Assembly: GCA_965178125.1 (NCBI GenBank)
Contig: OZ237743.1
Location: 372,001-436,000 of the forward strand
Direction: 5' to 3'
Origin: Bilabrum cf. latius
Lineage: Eukaryota
Length of the DNA stretch: 64,000 nt
Part shown: positions 11,157 through 20,124 of the stretch, piece by piece
How positions within the stretch are numbered: the stretch's first letter is position 1
Layout: each line of letters begins with the position of its first letter
Translations under genes and position numbers: made by a program
Notes under the pieces: model-generated
Told to the model about the DNA's origin: nothing
What the model saw: the letters and a program-made list of their open reading frames with translations, nothing else
Databases searched by the model: none

Positions 11157-11732
11157 TCAGAATCCGTATTTCTCGTAAAACCAGAGGCAAATCATCTCAT
11201 CAGGTTTCAGCTGTCGTTTAAGACATTCATTTATGACCCATTGCTTAAACTCATCTATTGATTTATTCTCATATACAGCAAAAGCAACCGCCCAGCGACC
11301 GCAGGTGTTAATACCATTTTCTAACCTTTGATAGTCTGTCGTATTTACATTAATTGTATATCCTTCTCTTCTCAACTTATTCATTAAGTCCATAAGATAA
11401 GGTCTTTCTCTCAAATGACTTGTTATTGTGCCTTGATATTCGTCAAATTGTTCTTTTAAAGTGTCTTCACCATATGAATCACAAATATCAATCTCATATT
11501 CGGAGAGATGACGTAGGCATATCCAATGCCCAACAGAAGTATTTCCTTCCAGTTTAGAGGTATACAACATAAATGTGAAGTTTGGGAGAGCCCCAGAGTC
11601 AAATAATTGTTTGTGGTTCTTTACTTTTCTAATTTGATTATGCTTTATAACTTTGGCATATGGAAATAGGGTTTTGAGGTCATTTCCTGAAAGCATATAT
11701 TCCATTAAGCTTTTCATTTTAAGATTGTTCAT
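11157..11732 (-). CDS. Virion maturation cysteine protease (adenain/Ulp1-like)
   Basis: GHW...DSYG...YQ...TCGRW catalytic motifs. Confidence 0.9.
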   Translation of the reverse strand: MNNLKMKSLMEYMLSGNDLKTLFPYAKVIKHNQIRKVKNHKQLFDSGALPNFTFMLYTSKLEGNTSVGHWICLRHLSEYEIDICDSYGEDTLKEQFDEYQGTITSHLRERPYLMDLMNKLRREGYTINVNTTDYQRLENGINTCGRWAVAFAVYENKSIDEFKQWVINECLKRQLKPDEMICLWFYEKYGF

Positions 11733-11757
11733 TTTATATTATCTAACTTGATATAAT

Positions 11758-12828
11758 ATGAATTTTATGCCATTAACAACAGGTAAAAGTATTGATTCCA
11801 GTGATGAAGTATATGTTGATTTGGAATTGTATAACCACAGCGGGAGACCAATCCTTCAGAAGTTCACGAGGAATTATGATGTTCCAATTGTAGATAAGGC
11901 TAGACTTTATAAATTGAGTGTAGTAAGATTTTTAATTGATGCTTCATTGTTCCCAATTAGAATTGTTGAAACAACAAAACAAAACGATGTCAATGAGATG
12001 AAAGAATCTATTACTGTAGAATATGACGGAGAGAAACAAACCGTGAATTTAGAATGGGTTCCACAAGAAAATAGTGCTCCTGTCCCTTCTCAACTAAACC
12101 CTCAGGATATCAGAAGCAGTTATTATTATTTGTATGACTTCCAACACTACCTTAATATCTTAAATACTGCTTTATCAACTGCTTTCCAAAATTTATCTAG
12201 CACTCCACAAGGGGCAACAGCTCCGTTCTTTAGATTGAATATGAGCAGGAAAACCTTTGAATTGGTAGCCGACTCCAACTATTATGACGAATTCCAAGTC
12301 CAAGACCCAATTTATGTGTATGTGAACGAATATCTAGCCAACCTTTTAGATGGATTCAGTTTCATATATGGAGATGAAACCTCTCCCGATTATGCCCGAT
12401 TCATCATACAAGACACAAGCAATAATAAAGAAGATGATAATTTAGTTATGACAAGCTTGAATTCTGTTCTTGCCAATTACAATATGCTTAAAAGCCTTAT
12501 CATTACATCAAACTTATTGCCTTGTCAAGCTGAATTTATTAGCACCAACGGAGAATTTAACCAAGACACCACATCAGGAACAGGGAACCAAAACGAACAG
12601 TTATCAGTTATAACTGATTTCGTTGTTCCTGATGATTTTGTATCAGATGTTCGTAGATACGAATATTTACCAACTGCTCAATATAGATATGTGAGTATGT
12701 TAAGCGATAGCAAAATCCAAAACATTGACCTATCAATTTATGCCAGAGGTGAGTATGGGGAAATTTATCCTTTATATTTGAGAAGCGGAAGATTTAGCTC
12801 TATCAAACTATTATTCCAAAAAATCTAA
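11758..12828 (+). CDS. Minor capsid (penton) protein
   Basis: 356 aa beta-rich; YKLSVVRF, PTAQYRY and SIKLLFQK motifs typical of virophage pentons; lies next to protease and MCP. Confidence 0.8.
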   Translation: MNFMPLTTGKSIDSSDEVYVDLELYNHSGRPILQKFTRNYDVPIVDKARLYKLSVVRFLIDASLFPIRIVETTKQNDVNEMKESITVEYDGEKQTVNLEWVPQENSAPVPSQLNPQDIRSSYYYLYDFQHYLNILNTALSTAFQNLSSTPQGATAPFFRLNMSRKTFELVADSNYYDEFQVQDPIYVYVNEYLANLLDGFSFIYGDETSPDYARFIIQDTSNNKEDDNLVMTSLNSVLANYNMLKSLIITSNLLPCQAEFISTNGEFNQDTTSGTGNQNEQLSVITDFVVPDDFVSDVRRYEYLPTAQYRYVSMLSDSKIQNIDLSIYARGEYGEIYPLYLRSGRFSSIKLLFQKI

Positions 12829-13163
12829 TCCCTCAGGTTTAAATTGAATCGTTCAAGGTAATCATTAATTGATGCTTCTAATGTAGGCTTATTCCAAAGG
12901 ATATACCAAGACAAACTACCCGGAGATAAGAAGAACTTAATATTGTCCTTCTTATGTCTAGCTCTATAAGATTTTTTAACCTTTTCCCTGTCTTTCTTGT
13001 CTGGTAGGTAAAATTTAGACTCAGGATTATTGATGAGTGTATAATCTCGATAGCCCTCAGCTCCGAAATCAGAAGTATATATCTTTTCATTGTCGCTGTA
13101 AAAGGTAGCTCTGAATTTCTTTCTTACATTTAAGCTAGGTTCAAACTTAACTGATAAATTCAT
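12825..13163 (-). CDS. Small conserved viral protein (FG..GY.DY...YR.RH...S..ILW family)
   Basis: 112 aa; homologous to the element C gene at 59802-60086; apparently ends at TAG overlapping the penton TAA. Confidence 0.7.
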   Translation of the reverse strand: MNLSVKFEPSLNVRKKFRATFYSDNEKIYTSDFGAEGYRDYTLINNPESKFYLPDKKDREKVKKSYRARHKKDNIKFFLSPGSLSWYILWNKPTLEASINDYLERFNLNLRD

Positions 13164-13210
13164 TTTATTATAATCAATTAGAATAATAAAATGATTAAAC
13201 CTACTTTAAC

Positions 13211-15055
13211 TTATTGAAGCATTTTCATTAATTGGGCTTTGGTCATCTTGCTTGATGATTTTTTAGCGGCTGCTGTTTTACGAGGACGACCGGGTTTACG
13301 GTTTTTAGTTGCTGGTCTTCCTCTTTTCTTGCCACCAATTACGGGAGCACCACCGATTGTACCAAGCCCGACAGCATTCATTCCAGAAACTAAGCCTTTA
13401 GCATAAGGGTGTGGAACCATACTAGCGAGAGCCTTAACTGGTTTGGCTACTGCTTTAGCGGTGTTGTATACTTTCTTTCCGGTGTTGTAAGCCTTTCGTA
13501 AGAAAGAACCTACTTTCCTGAGGTTAAAGCCTCCAGACATATTAGCTTCAAATTCTACGGCATCAGCTTGGGGTAAGCTATTAGCTTGTAATACATCAGC
13601 TTCGTTGAAGAGAGGGCTGTAAAGTTGAGTTTGTGAGTTATTAGATATACACATCATACCATCATATACAACGATAGTGTGTAGTTCTAAGTTGTTCATT
13701 TGGACTTTACAGTTGTAATCTAATTTGAAGCTGAAGTTAAACTTCCCAGAAACACCAGGGGCTAATTCTTCATTGAGAGAAAGCTCACGGGTGGGCAAGA
13801 ATAACACAGAACCACAGCCTTGAGTGAACTTTTGGTTTCCTTGGTCGTCTTGGGTAAATGCGAAATACCTAGATGCGAATTCAGAGAAAGTCATATCTAA
13901 ACCAGCTTGAGAAGAGATTTCATAGAGCTGTTCTTGGGTAGCGGTTGATAAGATACCGGTTTTGTTTCCAATATTTACCACACATTGGGATATTTCAGGG
14001 TATCTGTCAGCTGGTCTTGTAATTGTTTGGTCTCTCTCTTTTAGGAATACGGCAAACATATGAGGCATACCCTTTAATTGGATAGTATTGGATTGGACTG
14101 TATGACTTCCGACATTTCCTGATACTCCAGATTGGATGTGTGGGTCTAAATCGTAGTAAGGATAGCAAGCTATAGGCTGACGAGGAATGGATAAAGGAGG
14201 AGTAGCATAAGCTACGAGTAATTCAACAGATTCCCAATCAACATTATTTACTTGGAAGGCAGGAGAACCAGCTACTGGGTTGTGCGACATTAAGAAGCTT
14301 TGAGGGTCAGGCATCCAGTTAAGTTCGATAGTCATTTGTTGAACATTTTCCAAGAAAGAAACATCATCAGATTCACCAGACCATAGAGCACCAGAGAATA
14401 GAGGTTCGCTTACATCGTATACTAATTGTCCGTTTTGGGCAGCCCCACCAGCAGGTAAAGCGGGATTGTATGAAGCCTCAGAACCTTGAGGAGCAACACC
14501 AGCAAAAGGACGGATACCAAAGGCACCTCTTCCCCTGCGATAACTATCACCTACACCGAGAACATTTAACGAAGCCAAGTCCTCATCAAAGTTAAGAGTA
14601 TTATCCACACGGGACACAGTGGTAGAGTTTACACCATCCCAAGTCTCTACAGAGTTTTTGGAACGAATGAATAAATCTAAGTTTTGGTTATTTTGGTTGC
14701 TTGTTTGAGAATCATTGATTCTGACATTACAGGATTGAATCAGACGATTGACTGGGTAAGATTGGATAGCATCACTTGCGTGAGTAAAAACACGGCGTCC
14801 ATTTACACCAGCACCGGCTTGTGCGGAAGCTTGAATTCTTAATCCATTAATACGGACTTCAATGCGACGAGACACTAAAGCACCGGATGGCACATTGATA
14901 GTAAATTGGGCATTGTTTAAACTGTTAGGACTTCCATTTGGTTTGATGGTAGTATAGGTCAATTCGGTAGGAGACCGATAGACGGCTAGAGAAGCTTCAG
15001 TTGGACGGATTCTTTGGTCTACAACTTGTACTTTGTTTACATTAGCTAGAGACAT
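13211..15055 (-). CDS. Virophage major capsid protein (double jelly-roll)
   Basis: 614 aa, beta-rich; TQEQLYEIS and LAPG motifs; MSGG followed by a basic C-terminal tail (likely protease-cleaved). Confidence 0.88.
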   Translation of the reverse strand: MSLANVNKVQVVDQRIRPTEASLAVYRSPTELTYTTIKPNGSPNSLNNAQFTINVPSGALVSRRIEVRINGLRIQASAQAGAGVNGRRVFTHASDAIQSYPVNRLIQSCNVRINDSQTSNQNNQNLDLFIRSKNSVETWDGVNSTTVSRVDNTLNFDEDLASLNVLGVGDSYRRGRGAFGIRPFAGVAPQGSEASYNPALPAGGAAQNGQLVYDVSEPLFSGALWSGESDDVSFLENVQQMTIELNWMPDPQSFLMSHNPVAGSPAFQVNNVDWESVELLVAYATPPLSIPRQPIACYPYYDLDPHIQSGVSGNVGSHTVQSNTIQLKGMPHMFAVFLKERDQTITRPADRYPEISQCVVNIGNKTGILSTATQEQLYEISSQAGLDMTFSEFASRYFAFTQDDQGNQKFTQGCGSVLFLPTRELSLNEELAPGVSGKFNFSFKLDYNCKVQMNNLELHTIVVYDGMMCISNNSQTQLYSPLFNEADVLQANSLPQADAVEFEANMSGGFNLRKVGSFLRKAYNTGKKVYNTAKAVAKPVKALASMVPHPYAKGLVSGMNAVGLGTIGGAPVIGGKKRGRPATKNRKPGRPRKTAAAKKSSSKMTKAQLMKMLQ

Positions 15056-15253
15056 TGATATAACAAGCTAGAGATTTTTATTTTTTGGCTTCTTAAAATC
15101 ATACCTTAGGGTAATTATGGGTTAATTTCCGATAATTTAAATTGAATTTAAACTATTTTTAAATAGTTTTTAATTATTTATTTCCCTTGGTGGCTCTTCG
15201 TAGAATTAAATTAAAATTCAAATTAATTAATTATTAATTCATTTAAATTCATT

Positions 15254-15790
15254 TCAATTATTATTTCCAGCTAGTGATTTTTTCTTCAATCTGTTTAATT
15301 TCATTTGTAATAATCGCTTATCCTTGTTCTTTTCATAGTATGCCTTTTGATATGCTAGTTCTTTGTATTTGTTGTTGATGTAATATTGCTTTTTGTATTG
15401 CTGTAGATGCTCTTTGTTTTCCATCTTCCATTCCTTTTGATTACGGGAAGGAATTCGTTTATTCACACACTCAATATTTTCCATTTGCTTAAATTTCTCT
15501 ATGTAGTACCGTTCTCTCTTGACTAGTGGTAGTCTAAAGCTGATTTTGTTTTTATCCAGTTCTATTTCTTCAATTAAACTTATTTCGGGTTCTCCTGTAT
15601 GCTGAAGTATTTCATAAGAGCTACAACAGCCTTTGCCTTCCGGATTCTGTAAATAGTTTTCATAGTTAGCCATATGAGAATACAATCTACCTTTTAAGCT
15701 GTTGGTGGTGCTTCCAATATACATTTTTTGTGGTGCCTTTGGTGAAAATAACTTGTAAATATATCCTTTGATATACTGATTAGATGTCAT
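15254..15790 (-). CDS. GIY-YIG endonuclease
   Basis: GYIYKL...YIGST...RL..H...RE.YYI motifs. Confidence 0.85.
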   Translation of the reverse strand: MTSNQYIKGYIYKLFSPKAPQKMYIGSTTNSLKGRLYSHMANYENYLQNPEGKGCCSSYEILQHTGEPEISLIEEIELDKNKISFRLPLVKRERYYIEKFKQMENIECVNKRIPSRNQKEWKMENKEHLQQYKKQYYINNKYKELAYQKAYYEKNKDKRLLQMKLNRLKKKSLAGNNN

Positions 15791-15845
15791 ATATAAAGCT
15801 TTAGAATAATTTTTATGAATTGCTCCCCTAGATATTAAACCCTAT

Positions 15846-16286
15846 TTATTTGATTAGAGGTATATTGAAGTCTTCTACAATGTGATTATCAATTTTACGA
15901 CTAGCTCCATTTAACAGAACTGAATACAATCTTGCTAATCCCCAAGACCTAGCAGATTGGTTGGGTCTGCTTCCGCTGGAGAAGTAAGCACCTTGACCTT
16001 TATTTATGATTCGGGCAAATCCTTCCGCTAGTTCTTTGAATCTCTTCTTTTTACCATTTGATAATATAAAGGCTAATTCTAAAGGCGATACATTGCCATA
16101 AATTGCTTTTATTTGTTTTGTATAGGATGATGGTTTGCTTTCAAAATTTGTTTTAGGTCGTTTCTCATTCGTTAGGAAGCTCAACAACTGTTTTTTAGTG
16201 TCCTCATAATTCAAACCTTCCGTGTATGTTCTGGGGATTCTTTTATAGGTATTAAATAGTTCAAGTAAATTTTCTTTCTTACTCAT
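15846..16286 (-). CDS. Conserved giant-virus-type hypothetical protein
   Basis: KGQGAYFSSGSRPNQSARSWGLARL motif, recalled from NCLDV proteins (not database-checked). Confidence 0.6.
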   Translation of the reverse strand: MSKKENLLELFNTYKRIPRTYTEGLNYEDTKKQLLSFLTNEKRPKTNFESKPSSYTKQIKAIYGNVSPLELAFILSNGKKKRFKELAEGFARIINKGQGAYFSSGSRPNQSARSWGLARLYSVLLNGASRKIDNHIVEDFNIPLIK

Positions 16287-16448
16287 ATTAATATATGGAC
16301 GATAAAAAAGATAGAAAGCTAATAGAAGAGTTCAAGCAACATATGAATAAATTGAAAGTGAAATTTGATTTAGTTAAGGTATCCGAAGGCATCTATAAAG
16401 CAAGAAAGCCTTTAGTATGTCATCGTTTTTAAAATCTGATGGTATATA

Positions 16449-17993
16449 ATGAATTTCAATAAACTGAAATCTCTTAAGTGTGATGAACTTAGGGGTATTT
16501 GTAAAATGCTGAAAATTAAAGGATACTCCAAAGCAAAAAAAGCTGACTTGATGAAAATGATTAAGAATGAACTAGAAGCAGAAACGAAAGGTGGAATTAA
16601 TTTATTCAAGGGTATTCGGGACGGAGTCAAAGCAATCGGAGATACATTAAAAGATGTATTCGGTCCTGACCTGAAGAACTTCAACCCATCTGTGAGAAAG
16701 TTATTGAGTAGGTATGGCGATAGTAAAATAAGGTCATTATCTATTGCTAGAACTCCAGTCAGTAAAACTTTACAAGGTGCTGTAAACTTTATTTCCAAGA
16801 ATGGATTAGAGAAGGCAAGACAAAAATATGCCTACGATGACCTCTACCATCTGGCTTTAGTCGTTGAATTAGAATCTGGAAAACGGTTGACCATAGAAAA
16901 GAATGAAATCGTAAGTATATCAGAAGGAGCACCAGCAACAAGTAGAACAGAATACAAACCTGTTAGATTAGTCTATAGTATGGGAGGATATACCTTAGAT
17001 AAAATGCTAAAAGCTACTCTTGACAAGGTGGGGCGAAGACGGTTTTTCTTTTATGATGCTTTCAACCAACGGGGAGGTGGGAACTGTCAACAATTCGTAA
17101 TGGATGTATTAAAGTCAAATGGGTTGCTTACGGAGCCATTAAAGAAGTTTATTTATCAAGATGCTACTGGAATCGGTAAAAGCTTGGGTTCAAGGTCTAG
17201 GGGTATTGCTAGAGTAGCCACAGATACAGCCGGATTTATTAGAAAGGCTATAGGCAGAGGGAAAAAAATGGAAGGTGGAAGACACGGACGAGGTCGCCAG
17301 AAGGTAAAAGATTTCTTTAAGGGCTTTAAATATGGCTTCAATGAATCCGCTTCCAAATTCGGAAGACCAATAGCTAAAACATTTAACAAGATAACAAAAG
17401 ACCCTTTCACTGGAGCATACTTGGAGCTTACCAAGAAATTAGAAGGTAGTGGAATGTTCAGGGACTTAATGAAAGATGTAATCAAACAAAATGAACTATT
17501 GCTTCCAATCAAAAATATAGTTGGGCATCATAAAGTAAATAAAGGTATTGATAGACTAACTGATAAGGTATTCGGAAAAGGTAAAGGAGATGAAACAACA
17601 GCACCAACAAAAGCAAAAAAGCTGACAACCGCACCAAAGGTTTCAAAACGATTAGATGAAATAAAAAGAGAAGCAAAACAACAAACAGAAGATATTAGAC
17701 AACAAGCAATCAACGATTTAAATGACTGGGGAATGTACTACAAGTCTATTGGCGACCCATATACTGATTTTGAAAAAGAATATGGGTCTGAACCATATGT
17801 ATCAGCGAGGGGGTTGAGAAGTTTTAGCAAGAGTTCAGGAAGGTCGTCATCTAGTATGGGACTTCCATCCTTCTCAAAACTAGCAAGAATTGGGTCTGCT
17901 TATATTATAAAAGATATGATAGGACTTGGGAAAGCATCTAAACTAACCAAGAAGGATTTAGCTCTGGCTAGAAAAATACGAGACTCACTCTAA
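16449..17993 (+). CDS. Virophage protein with N-terminal helix-extension-helix-like domain and permuted papain-like (H...NC) domain
   Basis: LKCDELRGICKMLKIKGYSK; LYHLAL...IEKN...YDAF...NCQQFV; basic GG/GxG-rich C-terminal half. Confidence 0.6.
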   Translation: MNFNKLKSLKCDELRGICKMLKIKGYSKAKKADLMKMIKNELEAETKGGINLFKGIRDGVKAIGDTLKDVFGPDLKNFNPSVRKLLSRYGDSKIRSLSIARTPVSKTLQGAVNFISKNGLEKARQKYAYDDLYHLALVVELESGKRLTIEKNEIVSISEGAPATSRTEYKPVRLVYSMGGYTLDKMLKATLDKVGRRRFFFYDAFNQRGGGNCQQFVMDVLKSNGLLTEPLKKFIYQDATGIGKSLGSRSRGIARVATDTAGFIRKAIGRGKKMEGGRHGRGRQKVKDFFKGFKYGFNESASKFGRPIAKTFNKITKDPFTGAYLELTKKLEGSGMFRDLMKDVIKQNELLLPIKNIVGHHKVNKGIDRLTDKVFGKGKGDETTAPTKAKKLTTAPKVSKRLDEIKREAKQQTEDIRQQAINDLNDWGMYYKSIGDPYTDFEKEYGSEPYVSARGLRSFSKSSGRSSSSMGLPSFSKLARIGSAYIIKDMIGLGKASKLTKKDLALARKIRDSL

Positions 17994-18026
17994 ATAATTA
18001 AATTATGGAAATAGACTATAATTTAA

Positions 18027-19160
18027 TTAATTTTCGTATTCCGGAGTTTCCTTTATATCAACTGGGAACAGTCCCGTGTTATTGTTTCTCTCTGGATACT
18101 TGGCTTGGAATTCCGTTCTTAATCGTTCCATTTTCCCCTTATCGTATTTCTTGATGAGTTCGCTCCAAGGCTCATAATTTCTATCTTTGCGGTTCTTGTA
18201 TTTGACTAAGTAATATATCTTGCCTTTGTGTTTGGCTTTGTCTTGGAACTCCACAGGTATAAACTTAGTTTGGGCTCCATCTGGTCTCTCATTTGGTTTT
18301 ACCTTTTGAAGCTCTGATTTATGATAAACGGCATTGTTAATGCCTTCTATTTTATATAACGGAGGAGCCCCAGGTTTAATTATGACGAAATCAACCTTTC
18401 TTGGCTTTGGGTCAAATCGTAAATCGCCAGCTCTGAATTTCCCGTGGAGCCTTTTACTTCCAATTATATCCTGCGGATAATCATAAGGAACTCTAACGAC
18501 ATCTCCTTTCTTTAATAATATACATCCCGATTTATCACACCTTGGAGGCTTCAATTTATTATTGGGCTTCTTGTTTTTGTTGCTTTCGTTGTATGCTTTA
18601 ATTAGGATTGGGATTAAATATGTCCATTCTGTATCTCTCTCCTTGTTATTTATCTCATTAGCATTTTGAACTATATAGATACCACGACCAATAATGTAAT
18701 TAAGGTATTCTGCGAGTGCTTGCTGTTTGCTTCTGCCTACTTTCCCGACTCGTAAATACGTGTTTTGCTTCTCAAAATACCGTTTCACTTCTCCTTTAAA
18801 TTCTGTGCCGTCATCAATTTTTAACATTGACGGTGGTTTTAATGGTTTTCTAATACCTAGTTTATTTCGTTTGGTTGTGCTTCTTGAGAATATCGTTTTG
18901 AATGCTTTCAATACCTCTTTGGTGGTTTTGGATTTTAGTGGGACAGCATCAGCTATTCTTGCTTCATCTACATATGATAACACATATTTAAAACCTTTAT
19001 CATCCGGTAAAAATAATAAATCGGCTTGAGCTGTATCATTTGGCGGTAGTATTGGCAGATGTCCTTCGTTGTCTCCTCTGGGTCTTTTTGGTGGTTTCAT
19101 CAGCTTGTCCACAAGCGAATTTTTAGTCAGTCCTAATGATTCTAAAACTTTTGAATTCAT
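18027..19160 (-). CDS. rve integrase with C-terminal chromodomain-like region
   Basis: QADLL, IDDGTEF and LAE give the DDE triad; YYLVKYK...YEPW tail. ATG at 19160. Confidence 0.88.
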   Translation of the reverse strand: MNSKVLESLGLTKNSLVDKLMKPPKRPRGDNEGHLPILPPNDTAQADLLFLPDDKGFKYVLSYVDEARIADAVPLKSKTTKEVLKAFKTIFSRSTTKRNKLGIRKPLKPPSMLKIDDGTEFKGEVKRYFEKQNTYLRVGKVGRSKQQALAEYLNYIIGRGIYIVQNANEINNKERDTEWTYLIPILIKAYNESNKNKKPNNKLKPPRCDKSGCILLKKGDVVRVPYDYPQDIIGSKRLHGKFRAGDLRFDPKPRKVDFVIIKPGAPPLYKIEGINNAVYHKSELQKVKPNERPDGAQTKFIPVEFQDKAKHKGKIYYLVKYKNRKDRNYEPWSELIKKYDKGKMERLRTEFQAKYPERNNNTGLFPVDIKETPEYEN

Positions 19161-19643
19161 TATAAACAACCAGATAAAATAATTAATAGCAACATCTGAC
19201 ACATAGTTCCCGTTTTGTGGTTCCATTGTTTGGTAGATGCTATCAGTTGGGAACACACCCTCCCACCTTGCTAGAATCCATTCACTAGCCGTGATTTTCG
19301 CCAAAAAAAAATGGAGCAGCTGCCCAGCACACCACCAGACACACAACACAGCCGACAAAACCTGTTCAAGTAGATGATTAAATTTTAACTTGAAATACTT
19401 TTATAGTGTGGTGTCGTGTTAAAGTGTCAAGAAATGAGAAGGAGACATCAGGAGAATCCATTTGATGGAGAGGCTCTCGCCCCTATCGGGACGATGACCC
19501 TCTCACTCGTAGATGGGAAGGTCGGAAGGAGAACCAGTAGATGGAACCACGAGAAGAAAAGCCGTAAGGCTTTACTTCTCTATCATTGGCGACAAGGAGT
19601 AGAGATTTATCTCTGCTCTGCCGTCAGCCGTCGGGGGGGGGGG

Positions 19644-19819
19644 AACGGCAAGTGCTTGTATCAGGCAGCTTGCTAGACCCGGGGCAAGCGGCCGAGGCAG
19701 GCGGGCATAGGGAATGCGCTGTGCTAGTGCGCCGGTCGGTAGCGCGAGAGGTGAACCGAAGGACCATTCATCGTGGCCTGACAGAAGGTATGCCGACGTG
19801 GTCGTGCCTGATGTCTTAA
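19644..19819 (+). pseudogene. 3' remnant of host LRR/ankyrin-like gene disrupted by virophage B
   Basis: ERQVLVSG...AAEAGGHRECAVLVRRSVAREVNRR aligns with the C-termini at ~42010-42195 and ~50690-50867. Confidence 0.85.
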
Positions 19820-20124
19820 TGCATTGTCTGAGTCAAGTAAGAATGTGTGTTCGCTAACATTCCCACGTCTTGAGAGTGGAACAAGTAATCCGGATGTTTT
19901 ACGATCAGATTCCAAAGAATCCGGGAAAGCATGCGTGCAAAAGCGGCTCTCATGGAGCGGTTTTGCTTGCGGGGTGTAATTCTTGACCCAACTATCACCA
20001 AAGAATACCCCATCCGCTGGTCGAGACCCATAGAACGAGCAAAAGGCCACCGGTTCACAACATACAACCACATGGTCTCTGGGTTTCAGTGCCACTGCGT
20101 GTTGCCGGGTCAGGCCAAAGCCTG

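Larger units (their letters stand above)
1024..19643. mobile_element. Endogenous virophage 'B' (mavirus/EMALE-like); left part lies beyond element A
   Basis: AT-rich, gene-dense block with MCP, penton, ATPase, adenain-like protease and rve integrase. Ends in a G11 run (19633-19643), after which a host LRR-family gene resumes mid-frame. Confidence 0.9.

Noticed and set aside
19161-19358. Track's longer start for the B integrase
   Set aside because: Non-ATG start inside the terminal region; ATG 19160 has the promoter-like context and matches the length of the A integrase N-terminus.
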